Assembly (NCBI GenBank): GCA_024137785.1
Contig: JAHRHZ010000009.1
Span: 15,211,892-15,275,891 of the forward strand
Source of the DNA: Ginglymostoma cirratum
Taxonomy: Eukaryota
Direction: 5' to 3'
DNA length: 64,000 bases
Shown in pieces: positions 1-13,202 of this stretch (positions are counted from its first letter, which is position 1; each line of letters begins with the position of its first letter). The translations under genes and the position numbers were made by a program. Below the pieces are notes generated by a model, which was not told the origin of the DNA, made no database searches, and worked only from the letters and a program-made list of their open reading frames with translations.

Positions 1-88
1 CTGGAAAAGCTCAGCAGGTCTGGCAGCATCTGTGAAGGAGAAATTAGAGTTAATGTTTTGGGACTGGTGGCCCTTCCTCAGAACTGAA
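1..88 (-). mobile_element. Penelope-like element terminal (pLTR) fragment, family A, with degenerate hammerhead
   Basis: Homologous to 6700-6785 and to the 3' end of the GIY-YIG-bearing element at 48579-49735. The reverse strand reads CTGAGGAAGGGCCACCAGTCCCAAAACATT, with GAAA mutated. Confidence 0.75.
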
Positions 89-182
89 ACCACTATTGTT
101 CCCAGAAAAGATCAAAGATCAAGGGGCTCAGTTTAATCTTGAAGGTGGAGGAATGGGAGTTACAGTGACAGTTGTCAGCGAT

Positions 183-303
183 GATGTGGAGGTGCTAGTG
201 TTGGACTGGGGTGACAAAGTCAGAAATCACACGATACCAGATTATAGTCCAACAGGTTTATTTGAAAATTCGGACTATAACCTGGTGTTGTGTGATTTCT
301 GAC
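183..303. mobile_element. Short fold-back Penelope-derived insertion, family C
   Basis: Inverted arms gtcagaaatcacacgataccagattatagtcc / ggactataacctggtgttgtgtgatttctgac, flanked by a degenerate 17-bp direct repeat (166-182 vs 300-316). A second family member lies at about 60390-60520. Confidence 0.65.
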
Positions 304-1444
304 AGTTGGCAATGATTTACTCCTGTACATTTTACTGATTTCTTCCCCACTATACCATCCAATTAAGGCCATCATAGCAACATACTGTAGGATCAAACAT
401 TCCCGTGCAGAAACATTTTTATGTTTGCCTTTGTGAGCAACATCACCAGCTAGCATAATGGAAGAACACAGACAGATGAGAAATGATGATGAGCAACATC
501 AGGGGATTTAGGTCCAATTTAAGAGTTAACACCCTCAAGGTTAAGTTCTGGCTTTGCAACCAGGGGATGGAATGTTGTTCCTGTCTTCATAGAATCATTG
601 TAAGTTGACAAAGTACATATTTACTGGCAAAGCAATGAACAGGCTTCACTGGAAACCTCATGAAACTTTCTTAAACTGAAAGATATAGTGATGACAGTGT
701 TTCTTTGTTTTAAAATCTTGTATGCATACTTAGATGTGAGCCCCAGAGTAAACATGACACGGTACAACATTGAGAATCCTTATGTTGCTAACATTGTGTT
801 AGCTTTTTGTTCTGCAGGTTAGATTTGACATTGCTAATTGTTATTGTAATGATAATTAACTTGCAGACTGATTTCTGACATGCTTAAACTCTGCACGAGA
901 TTGGCTGTACTGTAGTCCGCTCTGAGCACAGCACCTCGGCAAGGAGATGGTGGCTTTGGTGTGGGATGCTGTGTAAGTTCAGGGCTGCACGGATTCAGGA
1001 CACATTGCAAGATACTTAAACATTTCAAAATTAAGTGACAGATATTTGTTCAGTAAAGGGTATTAAGATTTACGGAACCAAAGCAGGTCAGTGGAGTTCA
1101 GATACAGCTCAGTCATGGTTTAACGTAAATGGTGGAACTGATTTAAAGGATGCAATAGCCTCTTCCTACTCATATGTTCCTTCCTATACTCGGTTTTATC
1201 AATTGTGAATTCTTAACCACGTCGCTCAAAGATTTTAAAACGAGTAATGGACCCAAAGGGCAAAATGACATCCTTCTGTCCCTGGTGAATTTATTTCAGA
1301 GATCTGTGTCCAAATATAATACTTTACAATGACAAATCTAACTTGCAAAATTAAGAACTAATACAAACTTAATAACATAAGCAATTTAAGCACTTCTGTC
1401 ATAAAAGTGTTGGTATAATGTTTTATTGTGGATGATAAATTCTC

Positions 1445-1712
1445 AGAATCCTTAGCATCCCTACAGTGTGGAAACAGGCTATTCTGCCCAATGAGTCCAC
1501 ACCGACCCTCCGAAGCACATCCCACACAGATCCACCCCCTATCCCTGTAGCCCTGTATTTCCCATTGATAAACCACCTAACACACACATCCCTGAACACT
1601 ATGGGTAATTTAGCATGGCAAATCCACCTAAGTTGTACATCTTTGGGCTGTGGGAGGAAACTGGAACATCCGATGAAAACCGATGCAGGCACAGGGAGAA
1701 TGTGCAAACTCT
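1445..1712 (-). mobile_element. HE1-like V-SINE, 5'-truncated
   Basis: V-domain core (gggtaatttagcatggcaaatccacctaag...ctgtgggaggaaactggaacatccg...gtgcaaactc) shared with five other copies in the window. Confidence 0.85.
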
Positions 1713-2344
1713 AAGAATGAGAGTGTGAAAATTGCATGTGGAAGCATTGAAATAATTACTGTATTGCAATGTTGGGTACGTGCTTGGGTCTGTGAAGTTT
1801 GCAGATATAACTGATATAACCAGCTTGGGCTTGTCTTTTAATTACTTGCCATTTATTTGTCTGTGCTTCTTTCCATTTCAATGTTACACAAAGTGTTTGA
1901 TTTCATCTCTCCTTCGAATCGTGGTTTATTTGGAGATTTGATTAATCAAATTACTCTGTTAGAATAGAGTTCACAACTCTCAGTTGCCATAAGTTATGAA
2001 GACAAGATGAATGAAGTTAGCTTTTGGTGTCGCTTTTTAACTATCAGCATCAATTGAAATTAATTCTTCATTGCTTCCACCTCTAGGTTTATCGGAGCAG
2101 GTTAAACTGTTCTTGTGTTGTTTCTGTTAATGACAAAGCAGTCGTTGTCTTCTTGGAAAGTCAACACTTCCAATGTCCCCTCCAAGCCACTGAATATCCT
2201 GTCCTAACTATAATGCTGTCAATGGGTCAAAACTTTGGATCTTCCTCCCTAGCAGCACTGCGGTATGCAAAAATCAAAGTACTTCAACAGACGGAGAAGC
2301 TTCCGCACCATAATCATCTTGGGGGATGACAAAGAAGAAAAGAG

Positions 2345-2885
2345 GAAGGCTTTGCATTTAAGTAACATTTTACACACTAGCAGATGTCTTAAAGTACTTA
2401 TAACCAGTAAAACATTTTTGAAAGTAGTCAGAATTGCAGCAGATATTTAAACACAAACAGCAATATGACAATTACAACAGCTGGATGGGTATGTGAATAG
2501 GAAGGGGTTAGAGGACTATGGGACGACTGCTGGCAAATGGGACTGGATTAATTTAGGATATCTGGTTGGCATGGACGAGTTGGACCAAAGGGTCTGGTTC
2601 TGTGTTTTACAACTCTATGACTCGAAGACAATGACAAGATAATCTATTTTGTTGTGGTGTTGATTTGGGGATAAGTATTGACCAAGCGACCAGGGATAGC
2701 TTCTCTACTTTTCTTCAAAAAGCTGACATGGGATCTTTTACAGATACCCAGTCAATCAGGTGGGGCCTCAGTTTAAAGGTCAATCAGAAGCTTGGCGCAT
2801 GCGACGGTGCAACACTTCCTCCATCCTGAAGTGGAGTGTCTTTTGTCTTTTGTGCCGAAGCCCGGGAGTAGGACTTGAACTTGAG
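2345..2885 (-). mobile_element. SacSINE1-like DeuSINE, interrupted by a + strand CR1 3'-end fragment (about 2480-2625)
   Basis: Deu-like core ttcttcaaaaagctgacatgggatcttttac, B-box gacttgaac. Nested CR1 tail ggatgggtatgtgaataggaaggg...ctctatgactc. Confidence 0.7.
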
Positions 2886-3172
2886 GTGTTATCAACTGAA
2901 ACGCTGCTGTCAAATCAGGGGACTTCGAAATGGATAACAAATAGTGGTCTTGAAAGCAATTCCCATACCCTCAAAAGGAATCTCAAAAAATAAATGTACA
3001 AGATGCATCTTTGGCGGAATCACCAGAGGTGTCTATGGGTTTAAGGCACAGGGATGACTAATTTGCTGCAAATTGATGTTGTGAACAATTCAGGGAATGA
3101 AAGGGATTTTTCTGCTTAACTACAATATCTAGTTTTCTTTACATACGTTAAGACAGAAATAAAACCACTTAC

Positions 3173-3289
3173 CACCGCAGATGGCTCCTTCACTGTCCTC
3201 ACACTGTCGGTCATCACATTCACAGTTTTTCCCATAGACACGCCTATCTCCTGGTGGGAAACAAGTGCACTGACCACACTGGCATTTTC
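3173..3289 (-). CDS. ITGBL1: ITGBL1 internal coding exon (117 nt, phase 1-1; exon 8 equivalent)
   Basis: ctatttag|GA AAA TGC...TGC GGT G|gtaagt. Translates [40 protein letters not shown]. Confidence 0.96.
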
Positions 3290-4724
3290 CTAAATAGAAC
3301 AGTCAGTGGGTTAAACTCCTTGACAACACATAAACATGAATGATTTTTAGAAAAAGTACTAATTAAGGAGCATTCACTCAGATTTTGCTGGACTTTTCCA
3401 TTATTGAGGTATAAACCCTCCCTCAAACCATGGTGATTGCTTGTGATCACCACAACTAATGGATGATTTGTCTGCCAGTGACATCACAGAAACTGCACTT
3501 CATTCTCAACCTCCCTTGAGTTTCAGGAAAAAGCTGTATTTGCATAAAGACTACCTATTAAACTCACCACTGAAGGTTTGGGCTGGTAGTTAGCAATATA
3601 GGGAAAGCACTCCTTAAAATGGCATGTCTCCAATTCAGAAAACAAACAATGAAAAATTATAGAATCTCATTCCTTTGGGTTGTAAATCATTGTTTGAGAT
3701 TTTAATAATGCTTTATTTTCTCTCATAATGCAATTGTTCTTTATTTTTCAAACTGTCTTTGATTTGAGTCTAGTTCACTTGACGTCCCTGTCCGTCATCA
3801 TTATCTATTCCCCAAAGCTTGATACTCTGCTAGACTGTTTGTCCCATTGTTCTCAAGAGTTCCAAATACTCTACTGCCTCCGCTGGACTGGCATCAGCTC
3901 AGTCATCCAATTAATCCAATAGGGAATTCAAGAGAAATATTTTTGCCCAAATGTGAGAATGTGGACCTTGCAAGTTGTTGGTGCATCCTGCAAGGCAAGT
4001 CTGAGTTGCCAGAATGCACTGTAGGCGCATTGTAGAAATGCCAGGATGGTCATGGCGGGTTGTCAATGTCATTGGAAGAATGCATTCGGCTGGTGCCCAC
4101 GGATCCTGTTGTCCAATGTCCAATATGGCAAACATTCAGAGCCAATTCCACCCGATACCCATTCTGGTTTCATTGTCAAGTTTTCCCAAAGTCTCTCGAG
4201 TTTGGTAAGATAGGAGTTTCAATACAACGGATACACATTGTTGGCATTGACAAAATGTTTACAAGTGATAATGAGCGTCAGTCGGCATGTTGCCGCTACC
4301 AAACAAGAATCTCAGTCACACCACTTGTTAAAGTATAACAGACTCGGATGTTGAGATGGGCCTAGCCACACTTATTTCCTGAATCAGCCACGTACCTCAT
4401 CGTAGCCCATGTCACTCAACCCCCTGTAAGATTCCACCCGTGGAATGGTGAGAACAATACCAGATGCACAAACAATGATATTCAATAGATACATGAGGGG
4501 GAAAGTAATGGAAAGATAGGTGGATAACGTAAGGTGGGATAAAGACTCATATGAAGTGATCGGCGCAGGCTTGGAGGGCCGAAGGGCCTGTTTCTGTGCT
4601 GTAATTTTCTTTGTTCTTTAATTTTCTTTGAAGTACAGCCTCCAGCAATTGAAATGGCTTTCTCTGATGTCAACATTCACTGTATGGCTATGAAATAAAT
4701 TTGAATGATTGACAATAACAACAA

Positions 4725-5215
4725 CTTGCATTTAAATAATACATTTTTTTTAAAAGAAGACCTGCATTTATATAGATCCTTTCATGAACCAGAGCATCCC
4801 AAAGATCAACAGCCAATGAAATATATTTCTAGTTTAGTTGCAGTTGTAATGTTGGGAATGCAAAAACCAATTTGGATGCAACAGATTTCTACAAATAGCA
4901 ATGTGATAATGACCAGATAATTTGCTTTTTGGTGATGGCTGATTGAGGAATAGTTATTGATTATGACAGCAGAAAAAGTCCTCTATGCTTCTTCAAACAG
5001 TGCCATGGGCCTTTTACAATCACCTGAGGTGACAGATGGGGTTTTGGTTTTACAACTCATCCAAAACGTGACCCCTCTGACAGTGCAGTACACCATCAAC
5101 CCTACGTCACAAGCATGAGCCTAGAGGGCATGTCAAAATCTTGGACCCCAAGACTTGAAACCACAACTTTCTGACTTAGCAGTGAGAGTGCTACACAGTG
5201 AACCATGGCTGACAC
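4725..5215 (-). mobile_element. SacSINE1-like DeuSINE, near full length
   Basis: Deu core cttcttcaaacagtgccatgggccttttac, tRNA-like head gacttgaaacccacaactttctgacttag; homologous to 15150-15540 and 60640-61000. Confidence 0.75.
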
Positions 5216-6649
5216 TTAATTGTAGCAAAAAGTCCCAAAGTTTAATCAAACACCACACTGAATAAGGAGTTATGGGGCAGACGGCTACAAGTTCTGTCAA
5301 CAAATAAGTTTTAAGACTCATGTGAAAGGTAGATAGACATGTAAAGAGCTGGGGAGATTCCTGAAGAGAATGTACAGACCCAGGCAGCTGAAGGCATGAT
5401 CGACGCTGGTGGAGCGATGAGAATCAGGCATGCGATTCGATTTAAAATGGAATTATTTACATTTAGTTTGAAAGTCTCAGGATTGCGATACAAGATGTGA
5501 TGTAGCAGGTGTTTACTTGAACTGGAAACAGGGTGAATTGTTCCAATCAGTCAAGGAAGCAGTGATGAAGAAATGAGCTATGCTGTGACCTTGTAACTGT
5601 CCTTGGACACTGACATCAATAAAACCCTTGAAAGATGGAATCCTTGATGTGTTGCCTTTGATGTTGAAAGTGAAGTCTGGCTCTCTCTCTCCCATTTCTT
5701 AACACCAACAAAAACTTGCAGTGAACTTGAGACAAATTTATAATTCCAGTGATTTCCCTAGTGCATTGATTCTCCATTAAATCAGTCACCTCACTTATCA
5801 CAATACCTGTGAGAATTTTATAGGAATATTCGAAATTCACAAGATACTGTAAATAAGCAGAAATGATTCCCACTGGCAGGACAATCAATAATCAGAGGAC
5901 ACCAATTTAAGGTAACCGAGGAAAGAACCAGTGGAGAGATGAAGAGGGTTTATTTTGGGGGGGCAGTGAAATGTTGTGATAGGGAATGTACTGCCAAAAC
6001 ACATAATGGAGGCAGATTCAACAGCAACTTTCAAACTGGGATTGAAGAGTTCCTTAAAAAGGAAAATAAATTTCAATTCATGGAAAAGAGCCGAGGGAGT
6101 GTGACTAAGTGGATAAACTCTTTCAAAGAGCTGATGCTGGCATGATGGGCTGAATGGCTTAGTTCAGCACTGTTGCATTATCTGAAAACCTCACTACAGA
6201 AATGCAAGTTGATGCAACCTTTATATTTACCATCACTTTGTGAAAGAACTGATGACGTGAACTCAGTGGTTAAGACAGAAAGAGTACCAAGCCTTAAGCA
6301 TTAAGGCTGTTTTAATTTGAATTTCACTGATATGCTTCCATTAATCAGTTAAACCTTCATTTGTAAGGATGCAAAGTGCTCCATTACCTGTCTCTACTTT
6401 CTGGTAGCCTCACAGAAACATGGGTAAATCATACTGCCCCAAATCTGATCCCTGTACCTGATCTTCTACACCAATTACACTTCCACACACTCTCCCTATA
6501 TTCTTTAGTCCCTCAGTTCCCTACATTAATTGACCTTGGTCTTGAATATACTCCTGACTGTACATCTCCTCATAAACTTTTTTTCTGAGTTTTAGATTCT
6601 TCAGCTCAGCCTCTTGACATCCACATTGGGAAGTCCTCCCAGTATATTA

Positions 6650-7100
6650 AAAACCGAAAAAAACTGCTGGTGCCATAAATCAGGAACAAAAACAGAAACT
6701 GCTGGAAAAGCTCAGCAGATCTGGCAGCATCTGTGAAGAGAAATCAGAGTTAACGTTTCAGGTTGAGTGACCCTTCCTCAGAACAGATGGAGGCTAGGAA
6801 AATGTTGGTTTCTATGCAGAAGATAGGGTGGGGGGAAGGATTAAGGAGTAAACGATAAATGGGGATAGAGCCCAAACAGAGAGAAGAATTGTTGGACAGA
6901 CAAAGGAGATCCAGCTAGGAAGTTGAATATCTATTAATGCGGACTGTTAGTGGGTAACAATGGGTTGTGCGTATTAGCAAACTATGTGATAACAAGGCCT
7001 GGTGTGTGGGGATTGGGGTAAGGACACGGAAGAGCTCCAGTCCTAAAGTTGTTGAACTCACTATTGTGTCCAGAAGGCTGCAGGGTCCCCAAGTGGAAAA
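6650..7100 (-). mobile_element. Penelope-like element 3' portion (GIY-YIG C-terminus plus pLTR with hammerhead)
   Basis: The reverse of about 7040-7100 encodes LGTLQPSGHNSEFNNF, a PLE GIY-YIG tail. Hammerhead core CTGAGGA...GAAACGTT on the - strand at 6747-6784. Confidence 0.85.
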
Positions 7101-8934
7101 CGTGGTGTGGATTATACATTTCAATGAGATCACCTATTATTCTTTCTCCCAGGTCACGGACAGAACCTTTTCAGCATTACTGCTAATAAATTAAACAGCG
7201 ATCAATCTCAAACAAAGGATATACACGCCACATGTTTCTTCAGTAAATTATTTTGCAAACCTTCAGCTTGACTATAATTTTTACCCTGGAACTAGGTAGG
7301 AATGTGAGCTAACAAAAACGTAACGTGGTCTCTGTGACCTCAGCAACAGGGCCAACACATTATCCACTTGATGATTAAGATTAAGGACTTGAGAAAGAAA
7401 GAAAAAGAAATCAGGTAAATTGGAATTGAGAAAGAGAGGGAAAGAAAAGTAGAGGATCAAAACATGAACATTTGTAAAAGTTTAACATAAAATTTTAAGC
7501 ATCTTGATCAGTTACCTGCAGGAGTGATATTCCAATGTTTAAGTTGTTCCCTTTCTGAGCCAGACAGATTGCTTGGTATTGGGTTGACACTTATCAAGAT
7601 ATTCATCACGCCCCTTACACTGGTAATTACCAGCCCTAGTAGTGATTTCGATGGTTAGCAATGAGCAAATCTATCAAGTTCTTATAAGTAATGGGGAGTT
7701 TGAAAGCATAATGCTGTTGGTATAAAGTAAACAACAGGACAGCATAAATCAACCAGCAAGATCTGGAGACAGCATCTCATGGTGTCTCTCTTTATCCTTT
7801 GAACTTGCTAAACAATTAAGGCATTAATAAGAGTGAGTGTTATTAGCCTACTGTTATTATTATAAAATTATTTGGTCTATCATTTAACTTATAGAATGCA
7901 AATAATCATTGTAAGTGTTATTTGCCAACTGAAAACAAGCAAATAGGTCTGGACAAAACTGATCAAAAAGGTCAGGACATAGGATATCATATGTTTGCAC
8001 AGTTTTGAGAATGGCATCCTAACTATTCTGCTTCTCTGTAAGGAAATTATTAGCTTTACTAAGATAATCAGCACACACTGATTAAATAGAGCAATTTGGG
8101 CATGAATATTGATGCTACAGAAAATAAGTCATTTTCAGACTCTAACAGAAGGCAATAAATGGCCTAATACAGTGATCGGAACTATATATAAAATTCCAGC
8201 TCTGGCCTAACCAATATGTGATACAGTTCCAGCATTACATCCTTGTTTTTATATTCTATGCCTCATCCAATAAAGAAAACATATTGCCTTTAAAACTAAA
8301 ATTGTTTCAAGGAGCTAGGACAGGGATGATTGGTCAAATTGCCTCCTTCTGCGCTGTATGATTCTGAAAACATCCCAGTACCAGTTATTTTCCATAGCTT
8401 CTGGTTCATACAGGTTGACAACTGCAGTTCCCTGAAGAGTTAAGGATGTGCTCTGAAGGTAATTGGGCCCCTCATGTCTTAGCTTTTCATGCATTTTGCT
8501 GGTTTCATCATCTTCAGTCAGTTGATTGTGAACCAATTTTAATGACATACCTTGCAATAGAAAGCAAGACAGAAATCCACAGGGAAATTTGATTTGAAGA
8601 TTAATTTACTGAAAAATGCCAACAGCTTTGGGAAGCTTTAATCACCAGAATGTTAACTATATTCATTACCTGAGACAGATTGTCACTCTTCACAAACGTT
8701 CTCTCACTCACATTGATCTGAGGCCATGGTTCATGTCTATATTACAACAGATGTATTTTAACAAACACTTAAGCTTTCATCCAGGTGTCTAATTATCATC
8801 AGCTAAATAAGAAAATAATATTTTGGCTTAATTTTCACTGCATGATGACCATCAGAATCTCTGAGGGGTAAGGGTCCTTAGCTCAACTGGCTGTTGAAGA
8901 AGGCCAAAAGCTTATGCCATTAATTCCTCAGGAT

Positions 8935-9092
8935 TGACCTCTGACAGTGCAGCTTTCTGACAGTACTAACCCTCCAATAGAGTGGCAATGAGCTCATTAC
9001 CGACTATTCAACAGTGCAGCACTCCCTCAGCACTGACCCTCAGACAATGCAACACTCCCATTGTACTGACCACCTGACAGTACAACATCTCT
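8935..9092 (+). repeat. Degenerate ~33-bp minisatellite (about 4.5 units) derived from a DeuSINE segment
   Basis: Consensus-like ctgaccctctgacagtgcagcactccctcagta repeated; the same word occurs once in the SINE at about 5070-5095. Confidence 0.7.
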
Positions 9093-9997
9093 TTGGTAAA
9101 ACAACTGCACATTTTCAACAAAAGAAAATGAGACACTTATTCCCCAGGTCTTGGGACCACTTGCTGGTTTGGAGCTTGGGGGTTTAATAGATTGCATATC
9201 AAATCAGCCTGGAATGACACAAACATCTGCGATTTGCAATATGTCACTTTCCTTCTGAAAGTGATGAAAGATGTTAAGCTTAAACCTGGGTTAATCTCAG
9301 CCCTGATTAAATGCCTTTGAAATGCAATTGTCATTCACATCAGTGAAATGAATGATATTACATTAATCCATTCCTTTGCTGCAAGGTCACTGAGCAGCAT
9401 ATCTGTTGCGAAGTATTATTTCATTCTCTTTTCCTAGATGACCATCTGATAACTACCGTGAACTTACGGGCATGCTAAGGATATAGACAAGTGCAAAATT
9501 TATCACAAGTGATCAACATAAATAATAATTTGCTTTTATATAGCAGCATTAATAAAGCAAAGCATCCCAAGCTGTTTCAATGAAGTGTTACCAAACAAAT
9601 CCTGACACATTAGGAAATATTAAGGCAAGTGATCAAAAACATGGTCAAAGTGAAAGGCTTTAAGTAGGAACACAATGAGCAAGTAGGCTTTTAAATTTGA
9701 AGCACTACCAGACAGGGAAATGATCTCCCAAGTTGAGCAAACTTAAAACATCTTTAGATGAATGTCTTTTTTACATGTTCTTGAGAATATGATCCACTTT
9801 TTATTCATGGTTGCTGTTATTCATACTTCACTTGCATTTCTTAGAAACATAGGCTAATCATAACATCTCAACTGATTAGAGATGGCTGAGTTAAATCTCT
9901 CACATATTTGGTGATCCAGGTAATTCCACTAGACAAGAAAAAATAAACCACAGCCAGCATGTAAGAATTAGCTACAAAAGCTAACTAGTTGTGAACA

Positions 9998-10255
9998 TGG
10001 AGAAACTTCTTCACCCAAAGGGTTGTGAATCTGTGGAATTCCCTCCCCAGTGAAGCGGATGAAGCTACCTCGCTGAATGTTTTTAAGGCAAGGCTAGATA
10101 AATTTTTGAACAGTAAAGGAATTAAGGGTTATGGTGAGCAGATGGGGAAGTGGAGCTGAGTCTCAAAAAGATCAGCCATGATCTTATTAAATGGCGGGGC
10201 AGGCTCGAGGGGCCAGGTGGCCTGCTCCTGCTCCTAGTTCTTATGTTGTTATGTT
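9998..10255 (+). mobile_element. CR1 LINE 3' end
   Basis: agaaacttcttcacccaaagggttgtgaatctgtggaattc (RNFFTQRVVNLWNS) and tail ctcctagttcttatgttgttatg. Confidence 0.85.
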
Positions 10256-12855
10256 GATTTGTTTCAATAGTTAACATCAAATACTGAGCAATTCTTCATA
10301 TTTATAGAAAAAAAAGGTTACAATTAATTTTGGAGCGTTTGTCTCAAATATCAGTGTGAAAATACTTAAGTTATGAAGGCAAATTGCATAAATTAGGCTT
10401 GTGTTCGCTTGAGTATTAAAAATTAAAGAGGTGACCCAATGCAGAGGTAAAAGACGATTAAAGGATAATTTGATAGGATGGGTAGAGAGAGATTATTTCC
10501 TCTGTTGAAGAAAGTCCAGAACAAGGAGGTAGAACCTTAAAATTAGAGCCAGACTATTCAGGGGTGATGTCAGAAAGCTCTGCTTCACACGAGGAGCAGT
10601 GGGAAGTTGGAACTCTGTTCCCCAAAATGTTGACCTGTTGAACTGTTCATTGACAATTTCAAAAACTGAGGTAGAAATTTTGAGATTATTGTATTTCCAC
10701 CATTTTGGTGAAACTCCTAAACATTACAAATAATTCCTTGGCAAAAGACCTGCCACAGTGATGTGGACTTCTTGCCTCTTGCACGGCACCCTGGTGGGGT
10801 AGTGCTAATATTAGCTCCTGGAACACAAAAATAAACTTCATGTCGGTAACGTGGCACTCAGAGATTCAATAGATGTTTATCACACCTTCCAGTGTATACA
10901 TATATTATAGTCACATACACTTCGGTGTCTGCGCTAATACTAAGCTATTTAAGTGTTTTTAATGATAAAATTGGAAATTAGGTTGATAGTTCCTTTTTTT
11001 TAATAAAAAGCATTGAAGTCTTCTAGCTTGATAGAACTTACTTTTTAAGGGGAGGGATGCAAGACTGTCTCCTTAATCTGCAGACCTTTATTGGTGTTAG
11101 TTGAGGGCTGGAACATATGTAGTTTCCTCAAAATGCTTTTGTAACCTGTTAACAATTATTTGAAATGTATTTCTTTGGTGGAACATCTGTTCTAGGGCTG
11201 TTGTCTAGTTGACCTTCAATAAGGCTTCCAAGTCTCTACCATTGAGAACTTAGATTATTTTACAAGTGGCCATTGCTGCTTACCACTGTGCTACCACGAT
11301 CATTTGCAACGCGCTGTGGGTTTTTACCTTCAGTAGGGTATTTTCACCTGAATGAGGCAATACTTATGTTTGCACCAATAATATGAGAACTACACATGGA
11401 TCACGTAACATACCTCCTGGTATGTATATTATTGTCAGAGGAACTTCATTGTTTGGGCTAATATGAAGCTATTCATGTACAAATAGTACCATGCTTCCAT
11501 CAGCTTATCATGCTTCAAGTGGCCCCAGGTGAGATGGAGTCTAAGACCTTTGAACCCTCAGGTTGTATGTTATCATGAAGATATTATGACCCTGTCTCTG
11601 AAAGGTATAATGTATACTAACTGTTTGAAACAACACAATAACCATCATCAATACAAGCTAGCCGTGAAGAACTCCCCTGAGGGATTTATCTGCTCGTGTG
11701 TTTCCTTTGTCCTGGAAAGGTGAGGCTAAGGTTCAGAGCTTTCTTTGACGGAGTGGTGAAGATTAGGATGTTGTAAGGTGCAGCACTAGGGTCTTGATCT
11801 TTGGCCCACCATTTCTTTTCAAAGAATATTGTAATTCCTGTCAAGTTTTAAGGTTTAAATGATGGTTTGTTTATTTTGGTTCAAATTTTGGAAACTAGGC
11901 ACGTTAACTACCCTAGTTTCGATTTAAATATCCATTCTCATTTTTGTCTCGATGGTCTGATTCTCCTAATCTCTGTAATTGCCTTCAGCCCTACATCTCC
12001 TCGAGAAATGTGTCTTTTTTTTTAGCAATACTCAAGATCTGCACTATCGGATAACCAAAAAGCAAAGAAAATCACCTAAGCGTGCATTTTCTAGCAGGAT
12101 ATTTGAAGTGATAAATAATTGTGAACATTTCCTTTACTGGAGTCAAACTGTGAATTTCTTCATCCATGCACAAGATTTCTTCTGATGTTTTCGGAGGGCT
12201 TTGGGTGGACTTTAGGAACAAATTATTTCCATGACCTCTTTTAAACGATATATTGAGGCAAATTACTTGTTTCTTGTGCTTAATATTAAATGTACTCTCT
12301 TCCTGGAAAAGTCAGAACTTTTAAAATGATGGGGAAAATCAATATGACATATGGTAAGATTAACGGTGTTCTTAAATAGTAAAGGGTACCTGCAAATGGG
12401 GAGGAAGGAATTGTCAAGGGGTGGAGAGTGAATAGAGGCAAGCCATCATTAACACTGCCTTGTAAATTTCCTGCCTCTTGTGACTATATGGTAAGCTAAG
12501 TAAAGGATACATTACTCTGATAGCAATTTCTCACCAGTCTTCTAACAATATCTAATGTTTGAAAATTACATTGTGTATTTTGTCTACTTGAGGCTACCAT
12601 TCACATATACCAGCAGAGGGAGTCTGCTTGGAAGGACCACAAAAGTAACCACAGTTCTTGCAGTTCTCAATCCAAGATATGAGATCCCCTTCCTTGAAAG
12701 TTGTGGCGGTATTGGTGAGAAGGGGAATTAACTGGACAGATACACCCTGCTAACAAACTCATCCTCTACTTGTCACAGCACTAATTAGGTTCTAGGCAAG
12801 AAGATCTATGGGTGACCTTCTTGATCCACCACTAATTAAGAGTCTTAGGTGGAGT

Positions 12856-13202
12856 CACGGTGGCACAATGGTTCGAACCGCTACCTCATATCGCCAGGCA
12901 CATGGGTTCAATTCTAACATCAGGTGACAAGTCTCTGTGGAGTTTGCATGTTCTCCCCATGTCTGCATGGGATTCCACCCCTTGCTCCGGTTTCATCCCA
13001 CAGTCCAAAGATGTGCAGGGTGGATGGATTGGTCATGCTAAATTTGCCCATAGTTTCTAGGGATGTGTAGGCTAGGCAGATTAGCATGGTAAATATGGGA
13101 TTACATGGATGGAGGAGGTCAGTCTAGGTAGGATGCACTTTGGATGGTCAGTGTAGATTTGATGGCCCAAGTGGCCTCTACCTGCACTGTAAGGGTTCTA
13201 TG
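12856..13202 (+). mobile_element. HE1-like V-SINE, full length
   Basis: A box ggtggcacaatgg, B box gggttcaattc, V-domain cccacagtccaaagatgtgcag...ctaaatttgccc, LINE-derived tail. Confidence 0.9.

Noticed and set aside
1-3172. Next ITGBL1 exon (exon 9 equivalent)
   Set aside because: No GHG.C.CG.C.C..GW pattern found on the - strand; it presumably lies beyond the window.
3985-4015. Minus-strand peptide GNSDLPC resembling ITGBL1 exon 7 (GNSNLPC)
   Set aside because: No surrounding cysteine pattern or splice sites; the real exon is at 35537-35683, so this is a chance match.
8670-8802. Pseudo-exon on the - strand (tattttcttatttag ... cag|gtaatg), 133 nt with an early stop
   Set aside because: Such splice-site pairs are common in large introns; no coding or conservation evidence.
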